Source: Macrostomum lignano (lineage: Eukaryota). From it: a DNA stretch of 64,000 nucleotides. Of the stretch, positions 1 to 12,694 are shown piece after piece. The stretch covers positions 248,001-312,000 of the forward strand of contig NIVC01000092.1 in NCBI GenBank assembly GCA_002269645.1, written 5' to 3'. The position numbers and the translations under genes were made by a program. The notes beneath the pieces were generated by a model that saw only the letters and a program-made list of their open reading frames with translations, was not told the origin of the DNA and did no database searches. Within the stretch, counting starts at the first letter, position 1. Every line of letters begins with the position of its first letter.

Positions 1-3000
1 AATCAATCGAGCCAGGCAGAAAGAGTCGCCAGAATCGCTGCAGCTGCTCTGCGATGCCGAGGCCGATTCCACCGTTCTGGTGCCGTTCTTTCGCTATCGT
101 CAAGTTGCCGACCGAATCGACGAACTGTTCAGGGCCAAGGACACGGCCTACCAGCTGCGGGAGGTGCCCGAGATTCAGCAGTTTGTGCAGGTAAAGCTTC
201 AGGAGTCATTTAACTAATGCTTCAGGGTCATTCAGATAAAGCTTCAGGGATCATTCAGATAAAGCTTCAGGGTCATTCAGATAAAGCTTCAGGGATCATT
301 CAGATAAAGCTTCAGGGTCATTCAGATAAAGCTTCAGGGATCATTCAGATAAAGCTTCAGGGTCATTCAGATAAAGCTTCAGGGGTCATTCAGATAAAGC
401 TTCAGGGTCATTCAGATAAAGCTTCAGGGATCATTCAGATAGAGCTTCAGAGGTCATTCAGATCAAACTTCAGGAGTCATTTAGCTAAAGCTTCAGGGTC
501 ATTCATATAAAGCTTCAGGGGTCATTCAAATAAAGCTTCAGTAGTCATTTAGCTAATGCTTCAGAGTCATTCAGATAAGCTTCAGGGTCATTCAGATTAA
601 GCTTCAGGATCATTCAGATAAAGCTTCAGGGGTCATTCCGATTAAGCTTCAGGGTCATTCAGATAAAGCTACAGGGATCATTCAGATAAAGCTTCAGGGT
701 CATTCAGATAAAGCTTCAGGGTCATTCAGATAAAGCTACAGGGATCATTCAGATAAAGCTTCAGGGTCATTCAGATAAAGCTTCAGGGTCATTCAGATAA
801 AGCTACAGGGATCATTCAGATAAAGCTTCAGGGTCATTCAGATAAAGCTTCAGGGTCATTCAGATAAAGCTTCAGGGTCATTCAGATAAAGCTTCAGGGT
901 CATTCAGATAAAGCTTCAGGGGTCATTCAGATAAAGCTTCAGGGTCATTCAGATAAAGCTTCAGGGATCATTCAGATAGAGCTTCAGAGGTCATTCAGAT
1001 CAAACTTCAGGAGTCATTTAGCTAAAGCTTCAGGGTCATTCATATAAAGCTTCAGGGGTCATTCAAATAAAGCTTCAGTAGTCATTTAGCTAATGCTTCA
1101 GAGTCATTCAGATAAGCTTCAGGGTCATTCAGATTAAGCTTCAGGATCATTCAGATAAAGCTTCAGGGGTCATTCAGATAAAGCTTCAGAGGTCATTCAG
1201 ATAAAGCTACAGGGTCATTCCGATTAAGCTTCAGGGTCATTCAGATAAAGCTTCAGGGTCATTCAGATAAAGCTTCAGGGTCATTCAGATAAGCTTCAGG
1301 GTCATTCAGATTAAGCTTCAGGATCATTCAGATAAAGCTTCAGGGGTCATTCAGATAAAGCTTCAGAGGTCATTCAGATAAAGCTACAGGGTCATTCAGA
1401 TAGAGCTTCAGGGTCATTCAGATAAAGCTTCAGGGTCATTCAGATAAAGCTTCAGGGTCATTCAGATAAAGCTTCAGGGTCATTCAGATAAAGCTTCAGG
1501 GTCATTCAGATAAAGCTACAGGGATCATTCAGATAAAGCTTCAGGGTCATTCAGATAAAGCTTCAGGGTCATTCAGATAAAGCTTCAGGGGTCATTCAGA
1601 TAAAGCTTCAGGGGTCATTCAGATAAAGCTTCAGGGTCATTCAGATTAAGCTTCAGGGTCATTCAGATAAAGCTTCAGGGTCATTCAGATAAAGCTTCAG
1701 GGTCATTCAGATAGAGCTTCAGAGGTCATTCAGATCAAACTTCAGGAGTCATTTAGCTAAAGCTTCAGGGTCATTCAGATAGAGCTTCAGGGTCATTCAG
1801 ATAAAGCTTCAGGGTCATTCAGATAAAGCTTCAGGGTCATTCAGATAAAGCTTCAGGGTCATTCAGATAAAGCTTCAGGGTCATTCAGATAGAGCTTCAG
1901 AGGTCATTCAGATCAAACTTCAGGAGTCATTTAGCTAAAGCTTCAGGGTCATTCAGATAAAGCTTCAGGGTCATTCAGATAGAGCTTCAGGGTCATTCAG
2001 ATAAAGCTACAGGGATCATTCAGATAGAGCTTCAGGGATCATTCAGATAAAGCTTCAGGGTCATTCAGATAAAGCTTCAGGGTCATTCAGATAAAGCTTC
2101 AGGGTCATTCAGATAAAGCTTCAGGGTCATTCAGATAAAGCTTCAGGGTCATTCAGATAAAGCTTCAGGGTCATTCAGATAAAGCTTCAGGGTCATTCAG
2201 ATAAAGCTACAGGGATCATTCAGATAAAGCTTCAGGGTCATTCAGATAAAGCTTCAGGGTCATTCAGATAAAGCTACAGGGATCATTCAGATAAAGCTTC
2301 AGGGTCATTCAGATAAAGCTTCAGGGTCATTCAGATAAAGCTTCAGGGTCATTCAGATAAAGTTTCATGGTCATTCAGATAGAGCTTCAGAGGTCATTCA
2401 GATCAAACTTCAGGAGTCATTTAGCTAAAGCTTCAGGGTCATTCAGATAGAGCTTCAGGGTCATTCAGATAAAGCTACAGGGATCATTCAGATAGAGCTT
2501 CAGGGATCATTCAGATAAAGCTTCAGGGTCATTCAGATAAAGCTTCAGGGTCATTCAGATAAAGCTTCAGGGTCATTCAGATAAAGCTTCAGGGTCATTC
2601 AGATAGAGCTTCAGAGGTCATTCAGATCAAACTTCAGGAGTCATTTAGCTAAAGCTTCAGGGTCATTCAGATAAAGCTTCAGGGTCATTCAGATAGAGCT
2701 TCAGGGTCATTCAGATAAAGCTACAGGGATCATTCAGATAGAGCTTCAGGGATCATTCAGATAAAGCTTCAGGGTCATTCAGATAAAGCTACAGGGTCAT
2801 TCCGATTAAGCTTCAGGGTCATTCAGATAAAGCTTCAGGGTCATTCAGATAAAGCTTCAGGGTCATTCAGATAAAGCTTCAGGGTCATTCAGATAAAGCT
2901 ACAGGGATCATTCAGATAAAGCTTCAGGGATCATTCAGATAAAACTTCAGGAGTCATTCATATAAAGCTTCAGGGGTCATTCAAATAAAGCTTCAGTAGT

Positions 3001-5761
3001 CATTTAGCTAATGCTTCAGAGTCATTCAGATAAGCTTCAGGGTCATTCATATAAGCTTCAGGGTCATTCAGATAAGCTTCAGGGTCATTCATATAAGCTT
3101 CAGGGTCATTCAGATAAGCTTCAGGGTCATTCAGACAAAGCTTCAGGGGTCATTCAGATAAAGCTTCAGGGTCATTCAGATAAAGCTTCAGTAGTCATTT
3201 AGCTAATGGTTAAGGGTCATTCAGATAAAGCTTTAGGGGTCATTCAAATAAAGCTTTAGGGGTCATTCAGATAAAGCTTCAGGGTCATTCAGATAAAGCT
3301 TCAGGGTCATTCAGATAAAGCTTCAGGAGTCATTCAGATAAAGCTTCAGTGGTCATTCAGATAAAGCTTCAGTGGTCATTCAGATAAAGCTTCAGGGTCA
3401 TTCAGATAAAGCTTCAGTGGTCATTCAGATAAAGCTTCAGTGGTCATTCAGATAAAGCTTTAGGGTCATTCAGATAAAGCTTCAGGGTCATTCAGATAAA
3501 GCTTCAGGGTCATTCAGATAAAGCTTCAGGGTCATTCAGATAAAGCTTCAGGGTCATTCAGATAAAGCTTCAGTGGTCATTCAGATAGAGCTTCAGTGGT
3601 CATTCAGCCTAAGTTTTTTTTCAAAATTCAGTCTATCGACCCAATGGGCGACCTGAAACTGGACGAGGTGGACGACACCAGCCAGAACCAGCAGGCGCTG
3701 GACGACCTGTTCTACAGGATGAGCTACGACCTGGAGCCCAAGGACGCCGACGAGGACGCGTTGAAGCGGCGAGGAGAAAGGAGGTTTGCGCTGTGCTTTT
3801 ATTGCTTTGGTTGAGTAGCTGAGGTACGTTTTGTTACTGATTGGCTGGAATAAGGTACATCGTATGACTTTTTAGTTAGAGTCACGGGGCTCTGTCTCTG
3901 CGCACTTTAAGCGACATTGTCGCATGTACATACACTTCACTGTGCCGTGGGGTTTGGCCCTCAAGGCCGTTAATTACACAAGCACAGCCAAGCCGAGATT
4001 CCAGTTTAGTCCCAAAATTAATGTGACTGCACTGTGCCTCTCCCACCGCCAGATTCTCACCCGAATGCCTTCGCTCGCCGTCTTCAAATTCTGGCCGCGG
4101 TGCCGGCGTCGTCAAAGCGGCCGGTGCAACAGCGGCTCTCGGTCGCAGCCTCCTGACCCTGTCCACTGCAGCAGCCAGCGGCGGTCCTCCGCAGCTGCCG
4201 CATCTGCATCATCATCATCAGCAGCAGCATCAGCAGCACCAACCGCATCCCCAGCAGCAGTCGTCAGTATCTTCAACAACTTCGGCGACTGCGGCATCAA
4301 CAGCGGGACCGTCGCCTGAAGGCTCAATCGCTCCGTCACCGAGTGAGTTGCAAAACCGTTGAATTCATTATTTACCTTGCTTTCTACACATTTGCATGCG
4401 CTGGATCTACTTGATGAACCTCCTTGATGAACCTCTGATGAACTTCCTTGATAAACCTTCTTGGTGAACCTCCTTGATGAACCTCCTTGTTGAACCTTGT
4501 TGAACCTCCTTGTTAAAGCTCCTTGATAAACCTCCTTGATGAACCTCCTTGACCCTCTGTGATCATTGTTAAGGCTTAATAAACATCTGTAACCCTCGCT
4601 GCCACACTTCTCTGTGAACTGATCAATGGGCGCTATTTGACTGGCTTCCAATTTGCAGTAATTGAAAGCGTGGAGCACCCAGCTGACTCAGACGGTATCG
4701 TAATAAAATTTTCAAATTGCAGTCACAGTGACTGCTTGATATCGCTGCTTATATTGAATAGTAATGTGTTTCTGTCGCTGTTTGCTTAATTTCTAAACTT
4801 TCATTTGCCTTTCTTTCAAGCACCTTTTTAGCACTCGTGTAGATAAAGCACTTGTGACTTTATCCTTAGCATAGAGCTTTTGCTTACTAGCTAATAAATT
4901 AGAGACAGTTATGAGCGTAATTGATCTTGGTCTTGCCTTGGCTCTTGATTGGGTCCAGTAGTTTGCAGTAGTTCGTTCGTAGTTTGATGAAAACTATTTT
5001 GATCATTAGGTCGATCTTATAGTTTATGTAGGAATAAAATGGATTGCTAATCTAGCCAATCATGACAAATAATGAAGTCTAGAATGGACTGCTAATCTAG
5101 CCAATCATGAGAAATAATGGAGTCTAGAATGGATTGCTAATCATGACAAAAAATGAAGTCTAGAATGGACTGCTAATCTAGCCAATCATCAGAAATAACG
5201 GAATGTAGAATGGATTGCTAATCTAGCCAATCATGAGAAATAACGGAATGTAGAATGTATTGCTAATCTAGCCAATCATGAGAAATGATGGAATCTAAAA
5301 TGATTGCTAATCTAGCCATTCAAACAATTTTTTTGGCAAATAGAAGCTCACCACACCAATGCGTTTTCCTCTAGTTACTTTTAGTAGTACAGCAGGGTTT
5401 TGTTAATACATTTTTCCTATTTGTCAATCTTCATTTCTTGTATTAAATTTTTGCATTTTATTGCATGCCATACAGCCCCTATCCTTCCTCTACAGTTGAT
5501 GCTATTCTGAATTATCTGAATTATCGCTTGCCAATGCAACCCGCAGATCACTCTCGCAGCGTGTCGGACCCGGTTCCAACTGGTCCCACGATTCAACAAC
5601 TGCCGCCGCAGCCGCCTCCGAGGAATGCTTCAGTGTCGGCGAAGCCGCCAGATCGTCCGCCTAGGCTGGCAGCCTCTAGACCGCCCGCCGTGCCGCCCCG
5701 ACAGAACCCAGGCGGCCGGGTGATCGGCTCTCTGGGTCAGCAGCAGCCGCCACATGGTTGA
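1..5761 (+). CDS. SOS: SOS-like Ras guanine nucleotide exchange factor, 3' part (end of CDC25 domain plus Pro-rich tail); exons <1-190, 3632-3783, 4053-4342, 5496-5761
   Basis: Spliced translation FRYRQVADRIDELFRAKDTAYQLREVPEIQQFVQ|SIDPMGD...LDDLFYRMSYDLEPK resembles the SOS CDC25 C-terminus (EIQQYQN..Y.L...IKRFFENLNPMG...LFNKSLEIEPR). The last exon has PxxPxR SH3-ligand motifs (PPAVPPRQ). All junctions are GT-AG with matching phases 0, 2, 1. Exon 3 uses a frame absent from the ORF track (RFSPECLRSP...HHHHQQQHQQ...SIAPSP). Confidence 0.75.
191..3607. repeat. ~22-bp minisatellite (AAGCTTCAGGGTCATTCAGATA), roughly 150 copies, filling a SOS intron
   Basis: Tandem units of 21-23 nt visible directly, starting at the GT donor at 191. 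Confidence 0.97.
4413..4552. repeat. ~13-bp degenerate tandem repeat (TGAACCTCCTTGA)
   Basis: Visible tandem copies in a SOS intron. Confidence 0.8.
5038..5317. repeat. 45-bp minisatellite (GGATTGCTAATCTAGCCAATCATGAGAAATAATGGAGTCTAGAAT), ~6 copies
   Basis: Visible tandem copies in a SOS intron. Confidence 0.9.
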
Positions 5762-5857
5762 ATACTTTAACAAAGGCTAGGCCTGATGCTAAAAATGAAA
5801 TCAGTGTACACTGGACTAGACTGGGCGTTAGAGAATCTAAATCTACTAAAAATTCGA

Positions 5858-6390
5858 TTCTATAAATAGAACCAGTGTACATTTGGTCTAGATAAGTGGG
5901 GCTAGAGTTTTGCTTCTATAAATAGAATCAGTGCACTTTGTGTCTAGATAAGTGGGGCTAGAGTTTTGCTTCTATAAATAGAATCAGTGCACTTTGGGTC
6001 TAGATAAGTGGGGCTAGAGTTTTGCTTCTATAAATAGAATCAGTGCACTTTGGGTCTAGATAAGTGGGGCTAGAGTTTTTTGCTTCTATAAATAGAATCA
6101 GTGCACTTTGTGTCTAGATAAGTGGGGCTAGAGTTTTGCTTCTATAAATAGAATCAGTGCACTTTGGGTCTAGATAAGTGGGGCTAGAGTTTTTTGCTTC
6201 TATAAATAGAATCAGTGCACTTTGTGTCTAGATAAGTGGGGCTAGAGTTTTGCTTCTATAAATAGAACCAGTGTACATTTGGTCTAGATAAGTGGGGCTA
6301 GAGTTTTGCTTCTATAAATAGAATCAGTGCACTTTGGGTCTAGATAAGTGGGGCTAGAGTTTTGCTTCTATAAATAGAATTGGTTTACAT
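5858..6390. repeat. 56-bp minisatellite containing CTATAAATAG in each unit, ~9-10 copies
   Basis: TCTAGATAAG recurs at 5887, 5943 and onward with a 56-58 bp period. Confidence 0.95.
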
Positions 6391-6899
6391 TTGGGACTAG
6401 GTCTAGTAGGGGCGAGTTTAATTCTGAGTTACTGTACAAAAACAAAATTATGCTGTTGGTCCGAGAAATTCGCTAAAATATTTTCCTTGTCAAAGTGCAT
6501 CTCCACTATGGCACTTCGAACAAATTTTGATTAGTATGGCGTACGAGCTACGTTTAGAATGGATTTCAATTGAAGACCGCATGGCTTATTATTTTGATTT
6601 TCTGTTCCGAACTGGCAGTGCCCAGTCCCTGTCTGAAGAATTCTTGCCACTGACCAACACCAATTATAAAATTTCCAAATTTTAACGCGCGCTGACCAGG
6701 CGTGAGTCTTATTTTAATTTTGGCTATCTAGTTCAGACTGATCGATCACTGCTTGTGAATGTTTAATCACTGTCATTTTGAATACAAACATTACCATAAC
6801 AGAACATTGTTGTGAACATTGTAAATCAATCTATTTTGTGTCTCTGTCTTTCACTCTCGCAACTTGCTTCTCTCCCCTCTATTTCCTCTCCTTTCCAAT

Positions 6900-7540
6900 A
6901 TCCCCTTCCTTATCTCTCCCCTCTCCTTTCTCCCCTCTCCCTTCTCCCCTCTCCCTTCTCCCCTCTCCCTTCTCTCCTCCCTTCTCCCCTCTCCTCCCCT
7001 CTCCTCTCTCTTCTCCCCTCTCCCTTCTCCCCTCTCCTCCCCTCCCCTCTCTCTTCTCCCCTCTCCCTTCTCCCCTCTCCTCCCCTCTCCTCTCTCTTCT
7101 CCCCTCCCTTCTCCCCTCTCCTCCCCTCCCCTCTCTCTTCTCCCCTCTCCCTTCTCCCCTCTCCTCCCCTCCCCTCTCTCTTCTCCCCTCTCCCTTCTCC
7201 CTCTCCTCCCTCCCCTCTCTCTTCTCCCCTCTCTCTTCTCCCCTCTCCCTTCTCCCCTCTCCCTTCTCCCCTCCTCCTTCTCTCCTCTCTCTTCTCCCCT
7301 CTCCCTTTCTCTCCTCTTCCCTTTCTCCTCTCCATTCTCTCCCCTCTCCCCCTCTCCCTTCTCTCTTCTCCCCTCTCTCTCCCTTCTACCCTCTCTTTCT
7401 TCCCTCTCCCCTCTTCCCTCTCTCTTCTCCCCTCTCCCCTTTCTTCTCCCCTCCCTCCCTTCTCTCGCCTCTCCCTTCGCTCTCCTCTCTTCTGTCTTTT
7501 CTCCCTTCTCTTTCTATCTCCTCTTTCCTCCCCTGTCTTA
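6900..7540. repeat. CT-rich polypyrimidine low-complexity repeat
   Basis: CTCTCC/TTCTCCCCT units; source of the spurious P/S/L and R/G/E ORFs. Confidence 0.95.
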
Positions 7541-8253
7541 TCCCTCCCATGTACTATATGTCTATATTCAGTATTCCTTAACATACAATCGCATATCCCT
7601 ATATAAATGCGTATAATTGTCAAATGCTTATATTTATATATTTATTTGGCTATGCAATTTACATATATAGTTGTAGGTCTACTTTGTCGAGCGCCCATCG
7701 CATCGTATTGCTGATATAATAAAAGATTTAATGCTTAATGTATACTGTAAATTGACTGATGTGTATAAATATATAGCTTATACAGTTTAGTCATGTTTAT
7801 TTTTTTAGCCAAAAATCCTCACAATCACGTATAAAGCTTGCTTTAGTATCTGTGCTAGTTTGTTATTATTAAATCCATTTCATATGATCTTTGTTTGGCT
7901 CCTTGTTTACCCTGTCTGGCGTGTCTGTGTTGCAACCTCGGTGCGAGCCAGTGTTATACAATATTGAGTCGATAGTTAGGTTAGCAGATGCTTTGGTGCT
8001 TGGCTTCGCTGTGTGAATATTATATTTATTGCTATCTTGATCGTCAGTAAAGCTTGCGAGAGTCTGCCAGCTTGGTGTGCCATTCACCATCAGTTCCGGT
8101 CTGCTTGTCACAATATACCTGTGTGTTTGCGTCCGAAGCATTTACTCGGGCCTTGGCATTCTGGTGGTCTGGTGGCTAAGCTGCTTTTTTGTTGCAACTT
8201 TTGTCTGACTTTGCTGCTATAAAATCAAATAGAAATACACGCAGACTGTACAA

Positions 8254-8331
8254 ACAGACAGACAGACACACAGACAGACAGACAGGCAGACAGACACACA
8301 GACAGACACAGACAGGCAGACAGACAGACAC

Positions 8332-8370
<39 letters not shown>

Positions 8371-8436
8371 CACAGACAGACAGACAGACAGACACACAGA
8401 CAGACACAGACAGACAGACAGACACACAGACAGACA
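8254..8436. repeat. (GACA)n microsatellite
   Basis: Visible directly. Confidence 0.95.
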
Positions 8437-8973
8437 AGAATTGAGCCAAAGATTTAAGCCCACAGGCTGAAGTTCAGTAGGCAGGCTGACTTATAGTGAC
8501 ACTGTGTATTGCTGCCACCTCTAGACTCCTGCTCATAGGCGGGGTGAGCACAGCACTGTCAATAAAAACATTGATTGACGTCTTTGAAACTGCATTATTT
8601 ATTGCTATTGATGCTAGTTATTAGTCATATCAAGAAATACAGAGAGAGAGATGTGGCCTTGGAACTAAAACAATTTTCTGTCAAAGTAATTTAATGCCAC
8701 GTAAACAGTTTTATCCTTTGAATCACATCGCTCATTTAGGCAATGCAGGCAAATCAATGGGTCACTGACAAATTGGTATTGCAGCCACAGTCTCAATCGC
8801 TACCCGTACGTGGCGCAAAACGCAACGAAAAGTTTGCATTGAGCACTAAGTGAACTGTTAAATTAAAACACTGAGATGAGCAGAGTTAGTGGGAGTTTGC
8901 TACATGCAGGTTTACTTAGAGTGGGTTTTTATCACCCACATCAGCTGGCTGACTCAGAGTGGCTACTGCAGGC

Positions 8974-11900
8974 TCAGTGAGAACTCCGCAGATTGGTCAT
9001 GAGCTGCCGGGCTCGAGTCCGGACCCACGAGCCGAGCAGCAGCCACGCGATGCCGGCACTGAGGAAGAGCAGCGCCGCTCCCAAGGCCGCCACAGTCGCA
9101 GAGTCGGCAGCTGCCTCTGAAATTCGGGTTGCAGGGCTGCTGCAGTCTGTGCTGTTGCATCGGTGGCATCCAGCAGCTGCTGCAGTCTGTGCTGTTGCAT
9201 CGGTGGCATCCAGCAGCTGCTGCAGTCTGTGCTGTTGCATCGGTGGCATCCAGCAGCTGCTGCAGTCTGTGCTGTTGCATCGGTGGCATCCAGCAGCTGC
9301 TGCAGTCTGTGCTGTTGCATCGGTGGCTTCCAGCAGCTGCTGCAGTCTGTGCTGTTGCATCGGTGGCCTCCAGCAGCTGCTGCAGTCTGTGCTGTTGCAT
9401 CGGTGGCATCCAGCAGCTGCTGCAGTCTGTGCTGTTGCATCGGTGGCATCCAGCAGCTGCTGCAGTCTGTGCTGTTGCATCGGTGGCTTCCAGCAGCTGC
9501 TGCAGGCAACAGCAGCAGCAACAGCAAAAGCAATTCATCGAACTCACCGGAATGAGCAGCTCTGCCGCCAGCCTTCGTCTGCAGCTCGGCGGCCTCGCAC
9601 GCACACGCAGAGAGAGAAAAGTGAGCAGCAAAGCCGGACCTCAGGCCGGTGTACACCACACTCAGTCCGCTGTCCCTGCGCGGCTGCGTGCCGACAGTGA
9701 TGACGCTCAAGCTGAAGCTGGTGTTGCCGCAGACCTCCTTCCGTCTGTGCACGATGGCCTCCGCCACGGAGTCCTACTGGGAGACGCTCACCCAGGCCAG
9801 GTTGAGGCCGCAGGCTGTGCGGAAGTGCCGCATCGTCACTCCAGCCTCCAGCACGCGCGTTCAAGGCTCGCCCCGGCTGGCCGATCTTTTCCCACTCCGG
9901 TTCCAAGGAGGCGACGCGCGACGCGAACGGCGGAGGCGGCGTCCACTCGGAATGCGCAGTCCGTCTGGCTGTTTCCACGCCCGACGCTGAGCGAGCTGCC
10001 AATCTGATCCGGATCGATCACCCGCCACGAGCTCGAGTCCGCTCGAAATGCATTAATGGTCACGTGACTGATTGAGAAAGTTAAACTCACCTTGCCGCAC
10101 CACGATCTGAGCAGTGGCCAGCCGTCTGAGCGACGAGCCAGCGACGCTCGTCTGGTTGAGCAGCTCTCCGTGCAGGTGAGTAGCGATGAGATCGACTGTG
10201 ACTGAGCTGCCTGAGGGCACTCGGACTTTGCTGCCAGCTGCTAGAATACCTGGCATGTCGCCATCGCACAGAGAGGTCACTTGATTCTCGTCCGACCCGT
10301 TTCCTGCAGACACGATGATGCTCAGGTGAGGCTGCACAAATGACGCATTGCTCATGTATGAGCACAGCTGTTCCACAGACTGTCCAGTGAGTGGCAGCAA
10401 CGCCTGCACAATGAGGTCTTTGCCAGCAGGCGGCGACGCCGTGAACTGGCAGTAGAACACCTGGCTTGTCGAATCAGTAACGAGTGGCAGACTGGAGATC
10501 CACGATCTGCCGTTTGCACCCGGCTTGTAGGTGGGACACAGAAACAACCCGTCTGCAATTGCGAGTAGTAGGCTCACGATGAGGTCTCAGGTTTTCAAGT
10601 GCATGCGCCCTTGTCGGTTGGCAGGGCGCGTTGCACTTTGGGGCTGGCTAGGGGGGTTGGCGGGCAGGGTCTGGCCGGCGGCAGGGCTTTGCGCGTGCCC
10701 CTCCCCAGCCTTGCCCCCTGCCCCGTGCTCAGGGCTGGTTGGTTGCGGCCGGGCCGGCTTTGGCGCGGGTGTGGGCCGGGTTTTGATTGGCTATTGGCGA
10801 ATAGACAATAGTACATTAATACCCATGCTTTTTGGGCGTTAATGGGAAATCAGAGGGCGGTTTTTTCGTGTTTTTGAGCGCTCCGAGATTGCAAGCGAGA
10901 CTTGACTCAAGTAAGAAACAGCGATATTAGCTACCTAGATCAAAGAAACACGAGAGCCCAATTGAGAAATCAGTCTTTGAGAATTGAGAAAAAGTCAGAA
11001 GCTGCGCTTGGGACCTACGAGCAAAATCAATAAACGTGCGAACAGTAATTTAGCCACTGGTAAGCCGCCTGCTTGAGTTCACTCTTTTCTGGGGAGCTTG
11101 TATATATATAACCCGCTGTATAAGCACTCGAGAGTGTCACCACACCTCGAGCCGCAGCGAGCGTCACCGACCCGGGTTACGACAGGTGTACAAGGTAGAG
11201 CATTTGGAACACGTGTGCTCGATGGTCTCACCTTGGATCCAGCTGAGCTGCTCCAGTGTGGCAGTGAAGCCCCCAGTCCACTCGGCCACCACTGCTACTG
11301 GCTCATTGTGTCTGGTCCATTCCAGCACTGCACTGAGGTCACCGAGTCATCCGCCACCAACACCAGTCTACCGGTGCTGTTCGTGCAGTTGACCGACACC
11401 TGCAGCTTGGTGCCGCGGAATGACTGGAAGCGTAGAGACAGCACGCTGTGTCAACAAGTATGTGAGCTGTGTTAACATGAAGTGCTCTGGCCACCACAGT
11501 TCAGTCTTACATTACTGGCCGCCTTTAGCAGCACTGGGGCGACTGTTGTGTGGCAGTCCGAGTCCTAGTGCAGCACCGTCTGCTTGACGTGAACGAGTCG
11601 CTGTCCTGTCGGGGTCTTCCTCACCGGCGGCTGGCTTCGGGACTGCAGCTTGAGTTTTGAGCAGACTGAAGCAGCGAAGTTAATTGAGGTGCTGGAGTGC
11701 TACTGAGGTGCAGCTGATGTTCTGAGAGGAGAACCGGACTTACCATTGTCCATTCCGCTCTGCACAATCGGAATTTGATCGACGCGAAAATAAGTTTCTG
11801 CTGAATAAAACTCGTCTTTGTGAGGTGTGCTGAAATGAATATTTATTTCTCCAGCGCTGACGAAAGACTCATGTCTCTCTGTGTAGCCGGAGCTGGAGCA

Positions 11901-12145
11901 GTGCTCAAATTTTAGCTGATAAGTTTGCTCTGGGATCTGTGTAAAATTGATGCTGTGCAGTTGTCCAAGAACCCACCGAACTGAACTGAGGCCGCAAGAG
12001 CGATGCACGGAAACCAGCCAAAAATCATTGCACATCCTCCTCCTTTCTGATCTGCTTGAGGTGTAGGGCTCGAAGTGTTCCTCGCAATCGTCAAGAAGTT
12101 GCTCTTGATAACGCCGCACGAGTTTACGAGTGCCATCCAAGCGAC
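8974..12145 (-). pseudogene. Multi-CUB-like-domain single-pass membrane protein, disrupted or needing unusual splicing; exons ~12145-11742, ~11665-11232 (with a small internal intron), 10552-10091, 10041-9548, 9116-8974
   Basis: Symmetric phase-1 exons with CUB-like motifs (VLSLRFQSF..VNC..LVLV..VQC; GGFTATLEQL; EVCGN..LSVVYTG..GFAAHFSL). The last exon encodes a TM helix (VAALGAALLFLSAGIAWLLLG) then RTRAR and a stop. In-frame TAG at 11565-11567 and 9774-9776, and frame breaks near 11310, 11450 and 9855. Could be a pseudogene, assembly indels or cryptic introns. Confidence 0.55.
9136..9505. repeat. 40-bp minisatellite (CAGCAGCTGCTGCAGTCTGTGCTGTTGCATCGGTGGCATC), ~9 copies, intronic
   Basis: Lies between the donor at 9547 (CCG|GTGAGT on -) and the acceptor at 9117 (TTTCAG|AG on -). 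Confidence 0.92.
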
Positions 12146-12694
12146 TGAAGCTGCAAGTGAGCATGATTAGGATTTCACTTGATCCTGTAGCATAAGGACA
12201 AGGACCTCTGGTGAGTTGGACTGGACCAGCGCCTACCCAGTTCGTCTACCTCTGCGGTCTTTGGTTCCCGATGCCCGCCGCTGTTCGGTGTTCTGAACGC
12301 GGTGCTGGGTGCCCTACCTGACCGCCGAGACCTGCCGGCTTTTATGTCGATGCGACGTCGGGGCGTGCACTTATGACTGCAATTCATAGATACAAAACTG
12401 TAAACCAGTTGTGCTTGTCTAGTGGTGTGAGATGTGGGGAATGTGGGAATGTGGGAAATGTGGAGAGTGTGGGGAGTGTGGGGAGTGTGGAGAATGTGAG
12501 GAATGTAAGGAATGTGGAGAATGTAAGGAATGTGGGGAATGCCACAGTGTGGTGTAGTGTATTGTTACTAAGTGGGGTTTCTCATCTCAATTATTCATTG
12601 AATAACATTTTCCACTTACATGCTGCAGACAAAATGTCTGCTCGGGTTTCATGAGCATGATGAAATGTCATGATGTATTGAATTGTAGTCTACA

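Noticed and set aside
6778-7623. Four 237-267 aa ORFs on both strands
   Set aside because: Translation of a CT-rich low-complexity tract with no stop codons available; no domain signal.
7869-8222. ORFs between the CT tract and the (GACA)n
   Set aside because: No recognisable motif and no consistent splice partners.
8963-9767. Cys-rich ORFs open in all six frames (metallothionein- or keratin-like look)
   Set aside because: Produced by a 40-bp repeat with no stops, lying inside a well-defined intron.
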